A stretch of 64,000 bases of DNA from Zootoca vivipara (lineage: Eukaryota), in the NCBI RefSeq assembly GCF_963506605.1, contig NC_083282.1:5146001-5210000 (forward strand), read 5' to 3'. Shown piece by piece: positions 24,101 to 35,982 of the stretch. Position 1 is the first letter of the stretch, and each line of letters begins with the position of its first letter. The notes beneath the pieces are model-generated. The model was given only the letters and a program-made list of their open reading frames with translations, was not told the DNA's origin and made no database searches. The translations under genes were made by a program, and so were the position numbers.

Positions 24101-27100
24101 ATGAATCTTCATTCGGCACACTTCTAGACATAGTCTTCACAATGTGAAAAACTCTCAACTCCTTCCATCAACGACTTACAACGCAAGTGCTCATCCTCCC
24201 CCATGAACTGATCCTAAAATTTTATAACATTTAACAAGGGCTACATACTGTATGTTGGGAGAAAAGCAATGACAAACCTAGACAGCATCTTAAAAAGCAG
24301 AGACATCACCTTGCCTACAAAGGTCCGTATAGTTAAAGCTATGGTTTTCCCAGTAGTGATGTATGGAAGTGAGAGCTGGACCATAAAGAAGGCTGATCGC
24401 CGAAGAATTGATGCTTTTGAATTATGGTGCTGGAGGAGACTCTTGAGAGTCCCATGGACTGCAAGAAGATCAAACCTATCCATTCTGAAGGAAATCAGCC
24501 CCGAGTGCTCACTGGAAGGACAGATCGTGAAGCTGAGGCTCCAATACTTTGGCCACCTCATGAGAAGAGAAGAATCCTTGGAAAAGACCCTGATGTTGGG
24601 AAAGATTGAGGGCACTAGGAGAAAGGGACGACAGAGGACGAGATGGTTGGACAGTGTTCTCGAAGCTACGAACATTAGTTTGACCAAACTGTGGGAGGCA
24701 GCGGAAAACAGGAGTGCCTGGCGTGCTCTGGTCCATAGGGTCACGAGGAGTCGGACAGGACTAAATGACTAAACAACAACAACAACATACTGTATGAAAA
24801 TAAGAAACCAAATACAAGCAGAAAGGAACAGCACACAGCACACAGCTCTGGGTTACCTGTTTCAGCTGTTGTGCTTGCCTTCCTGCTCTGTTGGGTTCCC
24901 TTCACAGCCCAGATATAGATGGTATACTCCATGCCTGGATGTAAACCCGTCAGGGTAGTGGTTTTCTTGTCCTTCCCCACAGAGATCTCTTTGGTGTCAC
25001 CATCAGCTGAGGTGTAGCTCACCACATATCTATCTACTGGAGCCTGGGCCCCATTCCAAGAAATGGTAGCTGTGTCTTCTGTTACTTGGTTGGTTACCAG
25101 ATCCGTTGGGCCATCAATATCTGTGAAAAGAATAAGGACTTTTAGTCACGGCAGTGATCCTGACAAGATTTCTATAAATCTCTAGGAGCCATTTCTTCAA
25201 CTCAAAGCATTTTGATGCACAAGGGCATAAAGCCCAGGCAGCACTCCCTGCTCTCCCCAGTTAACACGGAACTCAGTCTGGCCATATGAAATTAATGGTA
25301 GTCGTGTCAAAGCACCTCCTGGAGCTTGATCAGGGGACCTTTCCAGTGATCTGTCTGTCTCCAACTCAGTCAATCCACCAGTCAATCATTTAATAGTCAT
25401 CTAAATTTACCACCAAAGGCTGCTCCTTCACCTTATTTCATAGCAGAAGCATCTTCAAATATATAAATGTTCAAATATATAAAAGGATGTCATATAGAGG
25501 AGGAAGAAAGCTTGTTTTCTGCTGCTCCAGAGAAGCGGAGCAACAAGGACCATCCAGTCCAACCCCCTGCCAAGCAGGAAACACCATCAAAGCATTCCTG
25601 ACAGATGGCTGTCAAGCCTCCACTTAAAGACCTCCAAAGAAGGAGACTCCACCACACTCCTTGGCAGCAAATTCCACTGTCGAACAGCTCTTACTGTCAG
25701 GAAGTTCTTCCTAATGTATAGATGGAATCTTCTTTCTTGTAGCTTGAATCCATTGCTCCGTGTCCGCTTCTCTGGAGCAGCAGAAAACAACCTTTCTCCG
25801 TCTTCTATATGACATCCTTTTATATATTTGAACATGGCTATCATATCACTCCTTAATCTTCTCTTCTCCAGGCTAAACATACCCAGCTCCCTAAGCCTTT
25901 GACCATTTTGGTTGCCCTCCTCTGGACACAGTCCAGCTTGTCAGTATTCTTCTTGAACTGTGGTGCCCAGAGCTGGACACAGTATTCCAGGTGAGGTCTG
26001 ACCAGAGCGGAATACAGTGGTACTATTACTTCCCTTGATCTAGATGCTATACCGGTACTCCTATTGATGCAGCCCAGAATTGCATTGGCTTTTTTAGCTG
26101 CTGCATCACACTGCTGACTCATGTCAAGTTTGTGGTCTACCAAGACTCCTAGATCCTTTTCACATGTACTGCTCTCAACCCAGGTGTCACCCATCCTGTA
26201 TTTGTGCCTTTCATTTTTTTTACCCAAGTGTAGTACTTTACATTTCTCCCTGTTAAAATTCATCTTGTTTGCTTTGGCCCAGTTGTCTAATCTGTTCAGG
26301 TCATTCTGAAGTGTGATCCTGTCCTCTGGGGTATTAGCCACCCCTCCCAATTTGGTGTCATCTGCAAACTTGATCAGGATGCTCTCAAGGGGGTTGGACT
26401 GGATGGCCCTTGTGGTCTCTTCCAACTCTATGATTCTGGCTGAATTTACACTGCTGGTCATTGTGCTCTCACTGCATTTCCTAAGCTGGGTTTCTAATCC
26501 GTGCGCACATGACTTTATCAAAATGTGTGTGTGTGTGTGTGTGTGTGTCTTTTACTTTGTTCTAAAATACTACTGTTTGAGTTGTTATTTCTCAAACCAA
26601 CGTCATACCAACTAGAGTCTGTAAGCCCTTCCTGATTCATCTCTAGCCAAGGTGTGAACACCTTTGCATAGGGTAAAGTCATCTCAGTCCCCTCAACGCA
26701 CCCTGGTTTAAACACTAACAGAAATGAATCTGACACTAATGAAGCCGTGCTGATGTGAACAGCTAGGTGGGAAAAGAGCAGTGAAACACATTGGTGGGGG
26801 GCAACTTCAGTGCTGTCTAAGCCATTACTCATCTGCACTTACAAAACTCCAAATTGATGTTTGCTCCAATTAAACGCCAAAGAGTGGGTTAACACAGGGC
26901 CTTGTTATCCAAACAGCATGGGAGTCGCTGTTCTGTAGGGGCTCCCATGTGGCTGGGAGAAAATGATCTAATCACATGGGCAGGGAATGATGGGATGAAA
27001 TCTTTCCCAAGAAATGGGCATCCAAAATCCTCCCAGCAGACTGCCAATTCTCTTGTTAGGATCTGTGCAATCTGTGGCCCACGTGGTTGCATTGTGCACA

Positions 27101-28118
27101 CGGGTAATTCTAGTTGCACCTGTGCAGTTCTTGCAAAGCAACTTCTAGAACTTTAATTGTGTGTGGCAGATTTTTCCTGACACCTGGTTCAAGACAAGCT
27201 TTGCGAGTGTAGAACTAAGGCACAAGGATGAGAACCCACCCATGGGTACCGTCAGTCATTGCTATATAGGGTGCTTAGCTTTGGTGTAGCAGAACAGTTT
27301 GTAACAGAAAATGTGCACTCTTTCTGGAGCTTGAAGAGCAGCCCACATGGATCCAAACAGCTCTTGCTTTTACAACCAAACCACTGGACAGTTTGTATTT
27401 TTGGCAATATAGACCAAACAGTTGGCTGAATATATTTTGTCTTTCAGATTCCCTTCCCAGTTTCTGGGAGCTACTTTGCTGTAGCAACAAAGGAAGAAAT
27501 GGTGCTTCTCGTGTCCAGCCCCAAAGCACAACATGTTCAAATCAAAACTGTTAAAATGGACAAATAATCTGCCAAATCAGGACATTCCACAGCAGTGATT
27601 TACTGCCTGAGAGGAAGCAGAATTTCAGTGCTCTAGCCTGACTTCCTCCCACTGGCAAGAAAATTCTGAAGACAGCAGGAGTAGACAAAAACACTGATCC
27701 AAAGTCAAACCCAAGGCTGCCAGCTATAGGCATCTGGTGCAGGCAACATCTGGTGCTGCCGGGTCTGCCCTCCTTTGAGCAAAAACAGTGGTCTGGTAAT
27801 TCCATTGATGAATCCTTACATTTCCAGTAGCAGAGGGAGGGCTGTTAATTCATGGCCTCTTCACAAATTACACAGGTGCAAGGCCCATGTTTGGTCCCAA
27901 AAGTGCAGGCGCTTCACATATACCTTTGGGTATAGGGCGGTATATAAATTCAATAAACAAAATAAACAAAAAGTCTAAGGTACTACACTGTACAATACTG
28001 CCAGACATCACATGATGATGATGATGTTGAAGAGCAATAATGGAAAACGACAGAAACTGAAGTGTACAGATATCAACTGCACAGCCTTTCCCACAATTCC
28101 TTAGTTTCCTATGTGGAA

Positions 28119-28181
<63 letters not shown>

Positions 28182-31100
28182 TGTACAGAGGAACCATCAG
28201 CCTGACATGGTGCAGCCCAGAGATTTTTACTTTCACAATGAGAACTAGGCCTATCTGCAGTGTGATATTCTAAACAGCCTACCCACCAATATTTATCCAA
28301 TAAAAATAGGGACGTCCCATTCCATAATGATAATTTTCTTATTTATGCCCCACAGATCTCACTGGGTTGCCCCAGCCACTCAGGATGGCTTCCAATAACA
28401 TAATAAAACATTACACATGGGGGGGGGAGGCGACTCCCTATACAGGATTGCCTTCAGATGGCTCAAGGGTCAGATAACTCCATACCTTCCAACATTTCTC
28501 CAATGAAAATAGGAAAAGTGGGACATTCCAGAATCAAAACAGAAACCAGGATGGCTTCTCTAAATCAGGGACATCCCTGGAAAATAGGGACACTTGGAAG
28601 GTGTGAAACAGCCATATGTGCAAGGAATATCTCAACATTTTGAGATCTTGATATATAGGGCTTGTCCACACTTCCACTTGGGCTGTGCCTTGAAAGCAGA
28701 GGTCTGAGTTGTTTTCTACTTGTCCCATGCTTTGCAGGCACAGGCCTGAGCAGTCCATCGTCGTCGTCCCGCCCTACTCGTTTCCCAGGGTAAACCTGAT
28801 CTTTATTGCTAAATCGGAGCAAACATCAATCTGGAGAATTGCTGTTTGCTCCAATTGAGAGCTTAAGAGTGGTTTTCCCTGGGGGAAAGCAGTGGGACAA
28901 GGGGAAGAGGGGATGAGCCCATACTGAGATGTTGCAAACCCTTCTGCAACCCAAGCTCTGGGCAAATGACTAAACTCTGTCTACAATTAACACAGAGAAG
29001 AGAACTGGGATTTCAGCGGCAGGCACCACCCCCAGCCACCATACATTGGTCTATTGTCTTGAACACAGAACCTCTGTGTGTACAAGCTGCATGGTGCACA
29101 CAGACACTGTCCTTGGCAATGGAAGAAACTATGCACAGAAGCTTTGGGCAGAATAGCCAAACAAGATGGAGGGGCTTGAAGCGGTGCCAGGGGGTGAGAT
29201 CCCACTCTCCCTGCCCATTCATGTCCTGATTGCACGCAGATTTTAGTTAACTGTGAAGAGAGACATCTGGAGACAGTAACTGGGACACTTGGGAAGGCTC
29301 AAAGCATCACACTGTATGAGCGATTGCTACGACAACTGGGACAACCAGTAGTAGCTGTGCCTGTGGAATGATGTCGCCAAAGCCCTAGATTTATACCTGT
29401 CCAGCCGTTCACAGAGGACGGCTTCCCTTCCATCTCATCCTTCATAGATATGACGGTGATCACATACTGGGTTCCTGGCTTCAGGCCTATAAAGAGAACA
29501 AGAGAGAAAGACTTAAATTCTTCTGAGACACAGCTGCATCTTTGATTTCTTTCTGTATTCCGTACTAGATGTGTTTCAAAGCCCTTCCTTTGTTGCATGT
29601 AGAATTTCTCTAGCCTGATCTGAGGGGAAGGGTAGAATTGCATCTCTCCCGTTCACAGTTCTAAGCAAAACAGTGAAACCCATCCCAGAGGAAGGAGGCC
29701 TTGGGTCTCCATCCCCTCTTTCAATGTGGGAAGATCAGCCCTAAGATCTTCCCACATAGGGCTGAGGGCTTCCCCTCTGAAATTCCCTAATGGTTGTTCT
29801 TTGCAACACTTGTGTCACTAGCTGGCGGGGGCGGGGGAACGCATTTGTCTCAAAAGGCATTTACCATATTTAGCTTGTTGGCTCTGTGTTGTCCTGTTTT
29901 CAGTTGGTTTTATCCATCTACGTACTTACTATTCAGACAGATCCATTGAAATCAGTGGACCTAAATAAGCCATGCCCATTTATTTCAGTGGGTCTACTCT
30001 TATCATGGCTAATGCTATATACCAGGGGTCCCCAAACTACGGCCCCCGGGCCGGATGCGGCCCAATCGGCCTTCCAATCCGGCCCGCGACGACCCCCGCC
30101 GCCCGCTCTCACGGCGCGCGGCGCAGCGACAATCTAAAAAATCGGCAAAAAATCGCCGAAAATCGCTTGTGCGCATGCGTATGGGCCTCTCCCGACCCGG
30201 AAGAGGTCATTTCTGGTGCACTTCCGGGGCGGGGGAGGCCCATACGCATGCGCACAAGCGATTTTCGGCGATTTTTCCCCGCCCGTGTGCGTGTGCGCAT
30301 GCGCATGGGCGCGCACTCCCCCGCCCTCCGCCCCGCTGCGCGCGCACTCCCCTGCCCTCCGGCCCGCCGCGCGGTCGGCGCGGCGGGCACCGGCCCGCCG
30401 CACGGTAAGTCTGGGGACCCCTGCTATATACAGATGACACTGGGCTAGGTTTTTAGTTTTAAAATGTTGCATAACACTTTTGTAGCTCATGAATGACACC
30501 AAAAAATGTTAATGTTTGGCCTCAGAGCAAGAAAGCTCATGAATCAGAACTCTGTAAAAACTGCTTAGAGACCATGTTTAATACAGATGCCTAGACCTAT
30601 ATAAGCACATTTTTATTTTATTTTATGCCAGGGGCAGGTAACCTGTGGCNNNNNNNNNNNNNNNNNNNNNNNNNNNNNNNNNNNNNNNNNNNNNNNNNNN
30701 NNNNNNNNNNNNNNNNNNNNNNNNNNNNNNNNNNNNNNNNNNNNNNNNNNNNNNNNNNNNNNNNNNNNNNNNNNNNNNNNNNNNNNNNNNNNNNNNNNNN
30801 NCCGCGTTATCACTACCCAAAGGAGTCTCAAAGCATCTAACATTCTCCTTTCCCTTCCTCCCCCACAACAAACACTCTGTGAGGTGAGTGAGGATGAGAC
30901 ACTTCAGAGAAGTGTGACTAGCCCAAGGTCACCCAGCAGCTGCATGTGGAAGAGCGGGGAAGAGAACCCAGTTCACCAGATTACAAGTCCACTGCTCTTA
31001 ACCACTACACCACACTGCCTCTGAGCTACAGCTTCCATCACCCCTGACCTCTGGCCAGGCTGGCTGGATCTGGTGAGAGTTGGAGCCCAACAACACCTGG

Positions 31101-33683
31101 AGACCCCTATTCCCCTTATAGAGCTGCATTTCTCAGAGTGGTTTAACACTGAATCCCTCTTCCCAAGGAACTCTGGGAAATGTAGCTCCCTGAGGGGAAT
31201 AGGGGTCTCTCTTAACAAAATGACAATTCCCATTATTCTTGCAAGGAAGCCATAACTGGTTGGTGGTATGGTAGTAGTGCCTTCAAAGTATAGTGCAGAT
31301 GGGGCCAAAATAAACAACCAAATGTCAGTTCTCTTTCCAGTTAACAGTGAGAAAAATCAACAGATCTTCTCCATTGGCCTCATTCCTGATCGTAAGAAAC
31401 TTACCACATTACCACTTACCTGTGATGACATATCTGCTCTTGGCATCACTGCTTCTAGGGACCAGCACCTCCTTCTCCTCCCCTGGCCGGAGCAAAGAGC
31501 TGATCCTCAGCTTGTAATAATCCACCTCTGTTGAAGGATTCTCCCACTCCACTTCCAGGGAATTATCTGTCTCTTCTGTCACCCATATAGCACCAATGGC
31601 AGAGACCTCTAGAAAAGAGAGAATAATCGAAAGCAAAGCTGAAACAGCACATTATTACAATGAATCCCCTTGCTTTCTAAGGAATAATTATAACAGAACT
31701 TTGGGCGTAATGCGCTTGCTTAGATGAAAGGCAGATAGGGAAAGGGAGGAATTTGGGCCAACAGTTTCCCCATTAACTCCTAAGAACACAAGAGCTCTGC
31801 TGGAGCCAGCTGGATGCCTCTTGGAAGTCTGCAAGAATTCTTCCACACTTGGGCTTCCCCACAACTGGCATTCAGAGAGGTGAAACTGTGGCCACTGTCT
31901 GCTACCTTTATCCACCATGAATTTCCCTAAACTCTATTTAAAGCCATCTGTGGTATTCGCTGCTATGTCTTGCGGAAGCAGATTCCATAATTTAACCATT
32001 ATGCACTGTGGGAATGCACTTTCTTTGGATTGTCGTGAATCTTCCAACATTCATCTACATTGGATGCTCCTGGGTTCTTGTATTATGAAAGAGGAAGAAA
32101 AACTTCTCACTATCAACTTTCACCATGTTGTGCATGCTTTTATACACTTCTATCATAGTATCAGGTCAGACATTATACCAGAACTATGGTTTGTGTTTAA
32201 ACATGCATAACAAGCAAGCCATAGTTTGTTACTATGGTCTGCTTTAAGTTTTTGTTGGGAGTGGCACTCTAGGTGCAATGGTTTGCCAATTTAGACATCG
32301 TACCAAATAGGGACGCAGGTGGCACTGTGGGTTAAACCACTGAGCCTAGGGCTTGCCGATCAGAAGGTCGGCGGTTCGAATCCCTGCGACGGGGTGAACT
32401 CCCGTTGCTCGGTCCCAGCTCCTTTCAACCTAGCAGTTCGAAAGCACATCAAAGTGCAAGTAGATAAATAGGTACTGCTCCAAGCGGGAAGGTAAACGGC
32501 GTTTCTGTGTGCTGCTCTGCTTCGCCAGAAGCGGCTTAGTCATGCTGGCCACATGACCTGGAAGCTGTATGCCGGCTCCCTCGGCCAATAATGCGAGATG
32601 AGCGCGCAACCCCAGAGGTGGTCACGACTGTACCTAATGGTCAGGGGTCCCTTTACCTTTACCTTTACCAAATAGTAATGAGCACAAATCATGGTTGGTA
32701 AACTGACTTCAAACCATAGTTTTCAGCTGCAGTTTGTCAGCTAATTGCCAATCATAGTGTGTAAATTTCAACACCACATCAAAATCATAGCAATCTTTAA
32801 GCAAAGTTGGAGTCATGCCTGAACTGAATCGCTTTTTCAAAGTTTTCCCTTTGCAATCTGCTGGTGTGAACCAAGCACCACATAATTTAGGACTGGTTTT
32901 AGTGTTCTTACCTGTGCTGGCTTGCAGGAGTTCTGGGTCACTGGCAACCCCCTTCTTTACATTGCGGAGAGTGATAATATACTTTGTACCAGGTAGAAGA
33001 CCCAGAATCTCATAGGTGATTTGATCTTTGTGCACTCGCACCTGCTTCACAGAGGCTTCATACCCAACAGGAAAGTAGCTAATGAGATAACTGTCCACAT
33101 CCGTCACCTTATCCCAGCCAATGGCCAGGGAATCTTCTGTGGTCTTGAGGACTCGTGCATTCTGGGGGGCAAGCACTGGAGGGGGAGAAGAGGGCATCAT
33201 CATTCAAAGGGATGAAATAGTGTGTTGAATAAGAGTATATTCCCCAATGCTGTAGACCAGGCATCCCCAAACTGCGGCCCTCCAGATGTTTTGGCCTACA
33301 ACTCCCATGATCCCTAGCTAAAAGGACCAGTGGTCGGGAGAGATGGGAATTGTAGTCCAAAACATCTGGAGGGCCGAAGTTTGGGGATGCCTGCTGTAGA
33401 CTGTCACTGTATTACATTCATTAATAGGAACAGTGCACCAAGTTAGCTTTGTGAGTCAGAAGGTGAAATGAGGGTTTGCAGTCTAGTAAATTCTAGCAAC
33501 TCTTAAGCTGAACTATCAGTTTTTCAACACCCTCATGCAAAAATAGATAAAATGTGGGAGATCAATAATTGGCTCTCCCAGTGTTTTCATTTTCTGTTAG
33601 CAAATTAAGGAGGTTATATAGATTTTTCAAAAAGCGCACACACACAAAAAGAAGAAAGTGCAAGCTATGCCAGCAGCCAGTAA

Positions 33684-33719
<36 letters not shown>

Positions 33720-35935
33720 ATCATCGGTGTGCATTACTACATCCCTGTGGTTTAGTTCATGATGCTATAGGCTGGAGCGTTGACAACACAACCTTAACTT
33801 TACATGCTTCTGTATTTCCAGCCCATTTGGTTAAATGTTTTGGCCACCAACTGCATAATTTTGTAAATGGCACTGTAATTTAAAGTCACAATAAAGCAGT
33901 AGTCAACGTCATTACTTTGAAGCTTTTGCAGTATAAATGCAGAGCTGTGACCACAACTTAAGTTCTGCTGTTATGACTACAGCTGAAGATAATGCCAGTA
34001 TTTGAAATCTGAGCTAACAGCAAAAAAATCAGTCTCAAAACATCTCTTGGTGGTTGATACTAAAGCAATTACCAACAAATCGCACATACAATCAGGACGC
34101 AAGGGAGAAACGTGCTAAGAGGAAGGCACGCTTGGCAAATCCACACCATGATCAATTCCTGCCTGGAAACCAATGTCCCCACTGTGGAAAGACGTGTGGA
34201 TCCAGAATTGGCCTCCACAGTCATGGACCCATTGTTAAAATCGTGTTTATGGAAGACAATCTTACTCGGCTACGAGTGGAAGAAGAAGAAGAAGAAGAAG
34301 AAGAAGAAGAAGAAGAAGAAGAAGAAGAAGAAGAAGAAGAAGACTTTTAACGGTTTTGCAGTCTGGCTACAGCTCCTAGTTTGCACAAACAAAATAGTGC
34401 CTAAAATGTAATATATTTTCCTTATTCCTGGTGATAAATTAATGGTTAAACTGTAGTATGGGGAATTTCAAATGTTATCTAAATTGGCTATAATTTAACA
34501 CATTTGGCACAAAAAAAATTGCTTTGGTAATGATCATGACATCAGGTAGAATGATAAATAATTTTAATTTGCATTTATGGGTGGGATTTTCCCTTGAAAC
34601 AAATTGAGTTTCTTATTTCCCCTTTTCATTACTGCCAGTTAAATGTTAGCATTGCCTAAACATACAAATCCCTCAGTTGCTGTTTGCAGTTATAATGTTC
34701 ATGCAAAGAGGAGACTCTGCCCATTCCTCAGTTCATGTTACAGGTAGGTTTTACAGGTTTGGACAAGGCATCGTTCCCATCCTTTAAAGGAACGTGCAGA
34801 AGCTTTGAATGTAGTGGAGCAAGAAGTGGAGGCAATGCAGAGAGAGTTGTTTTCATAGATGAACAGGATGGAGGAAGAAAGAAGAAAAATAATTTGGGGC
34901 CAAACTTGCTGCATAACAGCGTTGGATTTGCATCACCGAAGCCTTTTAAAATGGTGGTGAGGAGGATTTAAAAGGCAGCCAGGGCAGGGTAGCTGAACTA
35001 CACTGCTCCTGCCCCAAAACTGCTTATTATAGCCACAGATAGGAACCACATCTGAGTGAAAAATAACCAAAAACAGTTTGAAATGAAAACACATGAGTTC
35101 AACTCCTCCATCCCCCTGCTATTGCCCAGCCATGCAGCACTTTTAATCACCTTCCTCTGCAATTGAGTCCCATGCAGGCCCATCTTACCCATAGAGGCTA
35201 ATGGTGTGGGGCGCCAGGGTGCCAAGTTCTGGAGGGGGCCAGGTGAGAGTCCGGGGAACTCCCAACGAGCACGCTGAGTGAGCGAGGGCGCGTGCACCGC
35301 TCCTGCCGAGTGTCAGTTCAGTTTCCCCAGAGAATCTCCTCTGTCCCCTCACCCACTGTCTCCTAGGACTAGGAGGGACTTAAAGCAACAGGAGCAGCTG
35401 AAGATGCCATGCAGGAGAAGTCCCCGGTTGCTTGAGTGCACCATGTCAGAAGTGGGGGGTTACATGGCGCACAGTTTATCCAACTGCTGGGACCAGAGCA
35501 CAGGTCTGAAGAAGGAGGTGCTCAGCTAGTTATTTTAGCAGGAGCAGTGCATGTGATTCTTGCACCTTGGGAGCTGATTATAATTGAGTGCTTTGCCAAT
35601 AAAGAAATAAACTTCCAATCATTTGTCTTCTTCCAACATAACAAATATAGCAGACCATCCAATGGGCTCTAAGCTGTGTCCATTATGATTAAACCAGAAA
35701 TGATCCAAGTCATAATTCCAATTATTTGGTCTCCACCTACTTCTCAGAACACCAAGGAGCTACTTCAGTTATGTGCCTATGTCCTCTGACATACCCATGT
35801 CTAATGGTTGGAAACAAACAACTCATCTCTCAGACCCCACATTAACAAGAGCCTTGGTTCCTGGCTGTCTCTAAGACCAGTGGAGGTTCTTGCGCTAGAG
35901 CAATAGGGGCACAGATGTGTCAAAAAGAATAGCAA

Positions 35936-35982
<47 letters not shown>

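Noticed and set aside
29972-30502. Several overlapping ORFs in all frames
   Set aside because: Artefact of a GC-rich palindromic MITE with few stop codons
30613-30887. ORFs across the N gap, or hidden FNIII exons in the gap
   Set aside because: Made of X residues; the gap lies between the two halves of FNIII-2, where extra whole domains are not expected
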